From Anthoceros angustus (lineage: Eukaryota; Plantae; Anthocerotophyta): a DNA stretch of 64,000 nt. The position numbers and the translations under genes are program-made. Position 1 is the stretch's first letter; each line of letters opens with the position of its first letter. Of this stretch, positions 23,492 through 34,638 are shown in pieces. The stretch covers positions 868,001 through 932,000 of the forward strand of contig VJWM01000044.1 in assembly GCA_010909165.1 (NCBI GenBank), read 5' to 3'. Under the pieces are notes generated by a model. It saw only the letters and a program-made list of their open reading frames with translations. It was not told where the DNA came from and made no database searches.

Positions 23492-26369
23492 CTACACAGC
23501 TAATGCTTCTATGTCCCGCAGTCGGAGGGACACAGCTCGCTTGTGAGCATCCAGACCTTCAACTTCAGCCATCTTCTCAACAGATGGCCCAAGTAGCTGG
23601 AGGCCTTCTTTTGTCAAGGATTGCACTGTCATGTACCTTACAAAAGAATCCAGGGACACACCAGCATACATCCTTGCGTATCCGTAAGTTGGCAACACAT
23701 GATTAGTGCCACTAGCATAGTCACCCACACTCTCTGGTGTCCACTTGCCGAGAAACACAGAACCTGAGAGGAACAGTAGGACAAGTCATTCTTTTCGACA
23801 AGGCAAATGGAAGGACGGAGCTCGCTATGCCCCTGATAACCCAATTTTCTGAGTTCACTGCTTACCTGCATTCTCCAACTTATCTAACCACTTCTCAGCG
23901 TCATCCACATTAACAATGAGGTGTTCTGGTGCATACAGGTTTGAAAACACACATGCCTGGAAAACATTATACGAGTGAGTACAAGCCACTGGCAGCACGA
24001 ATATTTGGTCTGTTTCGCTGTTGTGGATAATGGGGCGAAGAAATTAGGGGTACGTGAGATGGCGTACCTCATCCATGTCAGCAGCAATAACCGTGAAACT
24101 GTGAGCCAGAGCCTGTGCAGCCGTATCACCTCTGGGAAGGGCCTTGCATTGCTTATCAAGTTCATGCTCAATGGCTCCAATATCCACGTCTCCGACGGCC
24201 ACTAGTACGACCTGACTGTCAGGACCATGCTCTGCCTGCACGAGGGCAAAGCAAAGTCTTCAGTGTAGGCTGAGAAAAAATTGCCATCTGCAAGATTTAC
24301 TGTTAAGAAAACCACCTGAGAAAGCAGATCTGCCGCGAGGTGAACCGGGCTTGCATGATTGTCTGCGATAACCAGCACTTCTGAAGGACCAGCTGGCATG
24401 TCAATGGATATCATTGCTTCACTATTCTGCCAAAGAGAACCAAGACGTCTCGTTGAGGACAATACATCCCAGCAGTACGGCGTGGCAGTAGAAAATATTG
24501 CCAAAGGCATGGTAATAACCTGCAGCAGCATCTTGGCGGCAGTGACATACTGATTTCCTGGCCCCAAAATTTTGTCAACCTGAAGGCAGACCGACAACAA
24601 GTCAGACTTCAGGGGCCAGACGAGGAAGTGACGGCAAGGCCATGGGCACCACCACTACACAGCCCTCATTAGGTGTAACATTCCTTACCTTGGGACATGA
24701 TTCTGTGCCCCAAGCCATGGCAGCAATAGCCTGCAAATTCACTTATGTGCAGTCAGCGGATGCATAATTTATCTCCACACAAAAGAACAGGCAAGCCCTT
24801 GACACAACATGCATAAGCAAAGGCTTGCCTGGGCTCCACCCGCCTTCAGAATATACTTGGCACCAGCCTTCTTTGCACAATACAGCACTTCCTGCAAGCT
24901 TTAAACAAGTTCAAGGAGAGAGTTTTACCGGACGGCAGATGCAGATTCCATAAGCAGTGCAAATATCACATACCGGACATATGGAACCATCAGGCCGGGG
25001 AGGAGTAGCAATAATCACAGTTTTGCAACCAGCAATTTGAGCAGGCTGAACACTAACAGCACAGGTCAGAACCTGAAGCGTAAAGGACAACAACATCAAA
25101 CACTAGATAGGTATTCTAGAGTCTTACAACGGCAAGCATTAGTGCAGTTGATGGAAGCACGGCTGTGCCTCCAGGGACATACAATCCAACAGAGTTGATA
25201 CTTCTCGCCACTCTTCGGCATGATACCCCCTGAAGCAAAGAGGACAGTTTTTCAAATTTAGATTATGCCATCAGTAAGCACTGCCGAAGATTCCTCGTGC
25301 TGAAAACAATAGAAGTGAGGAGCTTGATTCAACAGCCTTGCGCACCATCCATGCTCCTGCCTACCCACTTGCATTGTGCTGACTTCAAGCTGTTGAGACT
25401 TCTGCTGGGCTGCATGGAATTTGAAAATGTTGGCATAGGCAACATCAAATGCCGCTTGCACATCTGGATCAAGCTGCACCCAAGCAGAAATCAGAACAGA
25501 CTGTCAGCCCATTAAAAAGTCCTGACTGAGAAAACAGAGTTACTCAAATATAATCCGCGTAGCCTTACCACCGGGTCTGGCAATTCATTTACGAGGTCGA
25601 CAACATTGTCCAATTTCACCTTATCAAACTTGGCTGTATACCTGCCAGCACGGGACAAGAAGTTTCACGCAGTCAGCATACCACTCACAGAAAGTCGGGA
25701 GGAAGTCAGCAAAGTCAGGTTCTCTTCGACACATTATCTCAAAGCAAGGAACTCACTCTTTCACGGCCGCATCTCCTCGTATATGAACATCGTCTATGAT
25801 GGGACGCACCTGCACGCACAAAAAAAAAAAACCAAAAGATCACACGCCATGCTTCGGCATGAGCCACATGACATAATGCTGGTGCCCAATCTCTTGCCCG
25901 GATGCCACTTATCTCGGAAAGAATCATACCCTGTCATAAACGGTGGTGAAATCTATGCGGGGTCGAGCTTGAAGATCCTTCAACTCGGAGTCGCTCAGAT
26001 CCGCGAACGTGTAGCTCCGCAATACAGCCTTGCTCTCATTACGAACTGCTGCGCGAAGAGATTCAACGTGGAAACCGAGACTCAACATCCTTTTCCCTTT
26101 CCGCAGCCAGCAGGAAAGGTCACAATGTGGGTACCTGCGATCTGAGCCATAGCACCCACGACCCGGTCGTCTGGAGCCGGAGAATTGACAGGCAGATGCC
26201 CCATGAAGGACAGCTGCAGACCTCTACACAACCCAAAACCACTCCCCGAGCAACAGGGCCAGGCTCTGCCGCCCAACTGGGTGCCTCCAAAGCTGCTGCC
26301 TGGAATTCGATTTGAAGCGGTGACAGCACAGGAAGCAGCAGCAGGAGAACGCCACACGGATGCCTCCAT
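23492..26369 (-). CDS. HISN8: Plastid histidinol dehydrogenase, multi-exon
   Basis: Transit-peptide-like exon 1; ARPRIDFTT; [16 protein letters not shown]; [15 protein letters not shown]; [15 protein letters not shown]; [13 protein letters not shown]; YAPEHLI; [20 protein letters not shown]; [10 protein letters not shown]. Confidence 0.97.
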
Positions 26370-26685
26370 AGCTGGATCCTCTAGGGCTTGCCGTGTCCCT
26401 GGGTAAAGTATTCCCTGCTGATGCTGGGCACAAGTGCGCCAGGAGACTACATACATACATATTCCTTCCCACGTTTCCGACCAAAATCTTTCTTGCCGGC
26501 GTCAGATCTGTTGGTGATGGGCTCTACCGGGTCAGCTGGTCAACGCGCATCTTGATCGCTTCGAGTCCTGGGCATTGGGTAGATCTGGATGGGAACAGCA
26601 GGTGGTGTGGGTGCGGACACCTGCATCTAGTAGCTTAGTAGATATAAAGCTGGGCTGGTAGCGGCTGCTAGCCTTGCAGGTCGGA

Positions 26686-29600
26686 ATGGCCAGCTCGGAT
26701 GTCAGCAAAACGGCGCTAGCCGAGGTCGTACGCCAGGCTATCAGCCCTGTGGTGATGGTCATCTCCACCGAGCAAGCGGAGGCGTCATGTCGCAAGAATT
26801 ATCTCAGCTTTGCAGACTTGTTGCGGCCTTTCTGCATCCTGGAGAACGTCAACGGTTGCCCTCTCTCATTGCATCATGTGCCGAATTCGTGTCAATCCGG
26901 TCTTGCCGTCCATGCTGTGCTGGTGCTGATTCGACTCTGTCTCTGCTCTTCTCGCAGTTCCCGTGCGAACTGCGAGCGATCAGCCTTACAGACTGCAGGA
27001 ATTCCAGTTGAGATTGTTCAGTTCGTCGGAAATCTCTCAGCCTCACATGAAGGTAGCCAACAATTATGCTGTATTCTTATGTGGGGTTGATTTGATTTTG
27101 CTGTTGCTGGTTTTCCAAGCTTTGCCACTTCTCAGCTGGTTTGGTTGCACCATCCCAGAAGAATGTTTGGATCTCCGCAGAACGTCTGTTGTGTTTGTGG
27201 GTGAATTCTTTGTCCACATCACTCCAGGTCGGGGTTTGCCATCTTATGCGCTTGTTTCTTGTACTGATACAGACTGCAGAGGAGTACTTGACACAGGTTG
27301 TGACTGACTCAAGTGATGAAGCGCTGGCAGAGCTTAAAGGAGACCCCAGAGATCTTAATGTTGTCCGAAAGAGTATGATCATTTCCCTGTCTGTGCGAGT
27401 GGGAAATTATTGATGAGGAACAGATGCATTGCTGTTTGGTACTAACTGTCTCTGTCCTGTACCTGTAATTCGTCAGTGGCAGAGACAGATCCTGCAACAT
27501 CGTGGTACCACAAATATTGCAGGGAATTCATGCGGACGTTGGTCTTTTCTGAGCACGAAGCAATTGATCATCCTGTTGCATGTAGGTAACTACTCTCAGG
27601 CTTGAAACTTCTGTTTTTGTAGTAGTCTTTGTGAGGGTCATGACCATCAGCCAGCATAGGCGTGACAAGTGAAGTTCATCAAAGCTCTGAAGTTTTCTGA
27701 GGCATTTGGAGTTGGACATTGTTAATCCTCTGAGGAGTCACCATGACCATCCGCCTAACTTGATCATGCTCTGTTTCATCATTAGGCCTGCTAGTGGTGT
27801 CTTCAAGCGATGAGAGCCCTCTCAACAAGTTTACGGACCTTTTGAAGCCGGATAATCTTCCGGCTCTTCTGAATGAGGGAGCAGTGGACCCCAATCTGCT
27901 GAAGCACTACATACTCCTCCATGACAAGCAAAAGGGCCCATCTGAAAGGTGTTTTAAGTACTGAAACGCCACATTATTTAAAGGCTGGAGACATCTGTGT
28001 GACCTTTTTTATTCATGCCATTGCCTGAAAGTTGACTCGGGCCAATGTAACAGGGCTGCAGAACTTTTGGCGGAAATGAAGGCGGCCTTGGGACAAAGTA
28101 ATTGCACCTTGCTGTCTATCAATTCAAGCTCTCCAGGGACTGATTCTGAACGAGAGGATCTCTGGTCGGCCCACTTGTCAGTGGCAATGGTCCCTACCTC
28201 TATAGATGTAACTGCCCAGGTATTTTGTTTGCATAGCTGCGGGAACGTTTGCTGGGCCAGCTAAGGCCATGTTTGAAAGTGCTGGACGGGTTTTTGTTCC
28301 ATCAGCAAGGTCCCAACGTTCAAAGGCGAGGAGGCTACATCAGCAACAGTGACATTGATGAGGTATGCGTCTTCTCTGTACATGGGGTGCCTAATCAGCT
28401 TGGTAGTCAGCAGGGACGGATCTGACTTTCTTGTGGCTATGGCAGATCGTTGAATTCGTATTGGACTTCTCTCTGAAACAGATCATACCTTTTATGGAGC
28501 AAAAGATCAGAGCTCTAAATCAGCAGGTGAGCACTTCATGACAGCAGCGGACTGGTTTTGTTAGACAGTGAGCTCACTGTTGGAATTTGTCTTCAGGGAC
28601 TTGTGATTGCCTTTTGTAAACTTTAGGCTGCTTTTCCATGTACTTGTTATGATGTTGTAGTTTGAGTATGCTCCCTTCAGGATCTCATAGTCACGTCACC
28701 TTTGGTTAGGTCACCGCGACGAGGAAAGGGTTGAAAAATCAAATTAAGAACTTGTGGTGGCGCAAGGGGAAAGAAGAAGTTCCTGAGACATCAACTGGTG
28801 CCATGTACTGCTGTTCAACCTGCAAAATCTTCCCTTTGACATGACCTTTCCCCCACGTTGCTGTTATGATGGATGATTCATGTTGGTAATATTAAGCTAT
28901 CCATTCTTTGCAGGTATGCCCACAGCTCAATTGAGTCACAAATAAGAGTACTCGCTGACTATGCATTTATGTTGCGTGATTATGAGCTGGCAGCATCAAA
29001 CTTCCGGCTTCTCGCTGGCGACTACAAGACAGACAAAGCATGGAAGCGCTATGCTGGAGTGCAGGTTTGCTTGCACTGTTCTCACTAGTCTCGCTTGTTC
29101 ACTCATGGCTCTTGAGTTGAACATAGAATCATGTAACAACCTCAATTGAGTATGTTTGGATATCATTTGTTCAGCATTCTTTACACTGTCAGTAGATTCT
29201 GCAGAGTAGCGAATGAATTGTTGTAAGGTGCTCTGCTTATTCTTGGGACTTGGTTTACAGGAAATGTTGGGGCTTGTATTGTTCATGATGGATCAAAATC
29301 GCAGGGAGGCTGAAGGCTGCTTTGAAGCAGCTTATCTACACTATCTGGTTAGCTCTTGGATAACCAATGACGGCATGTAGGTGCTGGTACCTGAAGATGA
29401 CTTCTGCAATGTTTTTGGTTAACAGAAAGGTGGTGCTTCCTGTGGACGATATGCAACTCGTGCAGCAATGTGGTCAGCTGAGGTGCATAAGACAAGGTTC
29501 CAGTTTAAAGAGGCTGCTGCTGTCCTTTTTCGTGCGTCGACAGAGGTTGGTCTGCTGCATCTTCGCTTAGACTTTGAAGACAAAAAGTATGAATCATGGG

Positions 29601-32600
29601 ATACTCATGTTGTCCTCTCATGCAAACAGGAAACAAGTCTGCGTGCAGCGGTTCTACTGGAGCAAGCTGCGTACTGTTATTTGCGAACCAATCAACCGAT
29701 GCTGCACAAGTATGGTTTTCATCTAGTGCTGGCTGGCAATCGCTATACACTCTGTCAACAGGTAATTTGACTCTAGTAGTCAATCGTTAATGAGGAGATG
29801 GTGCAGTTACTGGAGCCTGTTTCAAACTGCCCCTCAAGCAATCCCTTTTGTGTGTGCCTGACCCATCTCGTTCATGTTGATGTCTTGGGATTGAGGTGAA
29901 GTAGTACTGACTGGGCGTTTCCTACAAACTCAGAGAAAGCATGCCATCAGAACATACACTAGTGTCACAAGCATATACGGGGATGGATGGAATTATGTTG
30001 CTGATCATGTACATTTCCACCTCGGAAGGTTAATTTGCCATTTCTTACACATGTGGATGGAGAAGTAGCACATGTCATATACTCTTGCCAAAGTTAATGA
30101 CTTGAACCATGCCCGCTCTCCAGGCTTTGCGCTCATGTTGGGGACTTCACCACATCTGTAGAGTACTTTCTGAAACTGCTAGCTTGCAGCCATCAGTCTG
30201 CAACGAATCAAACCACTTTTCTCCGAGAATTTTTAATTGTCATTCAGGTAAGCGTGTGCTTGTCCCGGGGTAGGTCTCAAAGTGTGGATGGGCAAGATCA
30301 ATGATAGAAGCGTTTGCTGTTTGGACAGAACATAGCTGGTAAGAAAGAAATGTTGGAGTTGGGTCTTCCTGCCATCAGTGCAGACCAGTATTTTGTGAAT
30401 TTCGAGGACCATCGTGTTTTCTCATCGGCATCAGCTGTAAGTTTTGCAGAAATGTATTTGTCCATAAGTTTGGTACAAATAAGGGTGTAGCAATTCGAAC
30501 ATTGGAAAATGTCAAGACAATAATCAACAGGCTCAGTCTCTGCTTTTGGTTTAGGCTTCACTGCCTGAAGACGTTTGGGCATCTCTAGAAGAAGGTGTCG
30601 TCCCTGCATCAACTGTAGCTGTAGCGACATGGTTGGATGCGCCAAAGGCTGCAGGGAAGGTCAAGGATACCAACATTTGTGTGGCAGGAGGTGAACCTTT
30701 TTCAACTGGTAAAAATTTCAGTTTTGTAATTAAGCTAAAGTTCTGTTTTAACTGAGACACTCTCATTGTTACAGAGGAAGTTGGTGTTGACGTGGAATTC
30801 AGCAATCCGCTACAAATATTGATTGACATTTCATCTGCTAGCCTTATATGCAAATTCAATGTGCCTAGCCCTATGACCCTGGATGGTATTTTCAAAGGAT
30901 ACTAAAAGCTGTGGAGGATTGATGTGTTAATTGTGATGACTGAGGTCAATTTTGCTGAATTCTTGCAACCTTGCTTTCAACTCTCCGGTTCTGGGGTGTG
31001 ATTCAGCATCGTTCAATGCAGGAAGTGGAAGCAGATCCCCTGTGGAGGACAGCACATCAGATGCAAAAGATTCCACGGGAACGTAAGTGACATATCCATT
31101 TGTTGAGATGGGGGCTCTTGAAAGGCAAGGTTACAATGCATTTTCTTCATCCGATCCAGGGCAAAAGTGGAACAACCAGTTGAGACTGAACTAGTTCTTC
31201 CCGAAGAGGCCTTCTCCCTCAAACCGGGTGAGAAGGTTAAGGTATAGTCCAACTGTAAACAGCTGTTCAACTGTCTCTCATCTTTTTCGTCCCAGGATGG
31301 TATGTGGAAGTTAAGAACTAAGTTGATTTCCTCTCGTGACATGTGCTTGCAGATCCGATTAAAAGCAAGGCCTGGTAGGAGGGGACTCTTATCAATAGTG
31401 GGGGTAAAGTGGATATTGTCAGGCGTTGCAGGGGGTTACAAGCACTTCACCTTACCTGGAACAAGAAGACAAGCGACAAAGTCAAAACCAAAGGACCCGC
31501 CCCCTCATCAACGTCTTAAGTTCAGTGTACTGGAGGTATCCTTGCTCACTTGGAAGTCAAATTGTGGCTTTTCAGGGTGACATTCTCTCCAAACCTGACA
31601 TGATGTTGCATATATTAGAGAATGCCTCGACTTGAAGTTTCACTTCATGAATTACCTGCAACTTTGAAGGCTGGAGAGCTGCGCCGTGTTGTATTAGAAC
31701 TATTCAATCCGTCATCTGCCACTTTGAAGGTACTTGCTTTTTCCTTAAGATGTTGCACTGGCTTAGGTGCCAACTCAGCTTGTGAGCATTACCAACCCTC
31801 ATTCTCTGCACTGTGTGGCAGAATTTCAAGTTCAAGACAAGCCACCCCAGCTATCTACTGGTTGGAGATCAAGGTGATCTGGAAGGGGAGTTTCCCAGCT
31901 GCCTGGAGGCCCAAAAGAACTTCAGACCTGTTCTTGAAATGATGAATCCCACACATGATCATTTAAGTACCGAAGGCTTTATTTTCAGCTTCCCCAGTGT
32001 AAACATCCTGCAAAAGTTGTGGATTTTGGTTCAGACTCAGCAGAGTGTCTCTTTATGAAGCAGATCTGGTGATCAATAGTTGCTTGGGTCGTTTGTGCAG
32101 GCAACTGTGCTGGAAGGTAATTCAACACTACTTTGGCCCTTGTGGATACATGCACGCCATGCTGGATTGGTGACCATCAAGTCTGTAATCTATTATGAGA
32201 CTCAGAAAGAGGTTGAAGGTCTACATTTTCGAACAGTTCGGATGGTCCATAGTCTCCAGGTATTGCATCAGTACCGAAGCTTGAAAACGAGCCTTTGATT
32301 GCCTGCCATTAGTCTTGATCTCATATGAACTAAGGGCTTGTCTGTTGTGACCGCAGGTTCTTCCATCCCTTCGAGTGTCTGTTGATATTTCGCCCTGTCC
32401 ACTACAGCTTCAACGGTTTTTGTTACGATTGGATGTGGAAAATCAACACTCCGCTGAGAGTTTCTGGCTTCGGCAAGTGTCTTGTGCTGGCAACACTTGG
32501 TCTTTGGCTCCATTGTTGCCACCGTTCTTCGAGCAGAATTCTGCTAGTGGTGACACTCTAAAAGCAGAGTCTGCTGATGTGAGAGCTGCATTTCTTTCGG

Positions 32601-33990
32601 CTTCAGTTTCCCCTTCCCAATTGCTCCCAGCTGGCCAAAAGCTATCACTGTTTTTTCAGCTTGTGGTAAGTGGTTCACAGTTTACTCACCTGTTATTCGG
32701 TTGTTTCCCTATTGCCACGGTGTTGTACATGCTACTGAGTCACATGAAATTAGTGCAGAATCCTTTCACCCATGGTCTGTCGAGAGGCACACTTAAAGGG
32801 CAAAGTGGTTTGGAGGAGGTTACTGGTGACATAAGATTAGGACCACCCAGTAGTAGAGAACCACTTATTGACATATCGTCTGGCCCCCTGTTTAATTTCC
32901 ATTTGCGCGAAAGGCTGTATCAACCAAAGCCCAAGTTGCCATCATTTCTGGAACAGGTGCTTGATACATCTGAGGCAGTGGTTGCTGCTCTTAAGAAGTG
33001 TGTGTCATCTTGTCCTAATTCCGTTCATGTGTCTCACTTGCAGACTGTACGTCCGACTGCAAGTGTCCAGGCTCCTGAGCCTTCGTTGGATGCTCAGATG
33101 GCTGATATTGTACTCATCTCAGAGCAACAGGATGGCATGAGCACAGAAAAGTCAGCATCCCTACACAGCAACTTTCACTTTAGTACTCATCATATCTGTC
33201 ATTCCAGGTGGGCTCGCTCAACTGTGTGCTTTATGCTTCAAGTGATTGAATACTTCTCTGAAAGGTTGTCCTCCTAACCATGCAAACACTGTGTTTCTTC
33301 AGTGTGCATGGCTCGCAGCCACTAGTGTGGGTCTTGGAAGGGCCAAGCAACGCTGTCCATGACTTTGTCAGCCAGCCATTTTGTGAGGTTGAGTTTGTAC
33401 TGACCATCAGGAACATCTCCCGTCGCCCAGCATCCGTGAAAGTCGAGACCTTCGATGCGAATGTCTCACAACCAAACTCTCGTGTATTCAGCTTGGCTGA
33501 AGAGACTCGTGAAGGATTGGGTGGGTGGTCCTTGCTATCAGCTCAGGACGCCCCAACATCAGGGCCTACGGCACCTGCACCCCTCAGAACCCAGGCTTCA
33601 TCTCTGGATGAGCAAGTGCCAAGGAAAATAGCTTCTTGTAGCCCATACATGTGGTGCAACTTGAGGTCAAGAGTGATACCACATTTGGAGGCTGGGACAT
33701 CGGTGCAAGTTCCATTGCATGTTGCCTTCTTCACACCTGGTATATATGATCTGTCAAGATACAGGGTAACCTGGACTCTGCAAGGAGAGGCATCTCCCCC
33801 GGCCCCAGTAGAAAAGCCGTCCTCCAAAACCACTGTCATCACACGATCCGCGAGCACAGTTGGACTTGCTGTGGATCTTCCAGAGAACAAGCCTGGTGCA
33901 GGTTCTGGAGCCAAACAGCCTGACAACGTGGGAGCTGGCCATCCTTGGCTGCTCAGGATTCTTCAAGCTAAGCAGGCAGGTACGTTTTAG
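26686..33990 (+). CDS. TRAPPC8: TRAPPIII subunit TRAPPC8/TRS85, multi-exon
   Basis: ISPVVMVIST..FADLLRPF; VRTASDQPYRLQEFQLRLF; SEHEAIDHPVAC; IESQIRVLADYAFMLRDYELA; AAVLLEQAAYCY..MLHKYGFHLVLAG; terminal FFTPGIYDLSRY. Confidence 0.93.
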
Positions 33991-34638
33991 GAGTAGTTAG
34001 CACCATACGCATTTTTTTGGCCACCTCTGTTGGAATTCTGGCATCCTCTTGTGTGGCAAGCTCGGGGCTACCATCGAGGTGGCCGTGTATTAAAGTGGAC
34101 AGCCTTGGCTGGAAATCAAAATTACTTTCTCTTGGAACAAGTCCATCGTTGTTTCTTATTTTCGGGTTACATTGTCTCAATGGGCATCCCAACTGCCTTT
34201 TGGAGGCTCATCCCGTTATCGTCGGCGGTTCTCGAATGCCTTCAGTCAAAATGATCTTGGCATTGACATCCACATCATGCCCAGGATCAGAGGTAAACGA
34301 CTTGCAAACAATATGTGACGAAACAATGAAGAGTGTTCACAGGCGGATGGGTTGGACTCGACTCCCTTGATATCGCAGTAGATGATCCCTTCTGGTGTAG
34401 ATGGACTAGACTACATGCAGGATGATCTACCAGGTTTGGATATCATAGTGACCCGGCGATGGGATGCCATGCCATGCAATGTAGAGCCGGAGCTTTGCGC
34501 TAGACTGCCCTCTCCGTCCTTCCATTTCATGGGCAATGCGCTTGCCAAGGGTGGTGTGGTGATGCCAAGTCTGTAGGCATCCTGCACGGCCGGCACAGAC
34601 TGTTGTGTGTCCCATCTTCCAAGAGCGGTGCCTGCGAG

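Noticed and set aside
34000-34638. Possible SSB/OB-fold exons upstream of the PDF motif (an OSB gene fused to the PPR)
   Set aside because: No OSB SSB-domain motifs were recognised in any frame; only short ORFs are present
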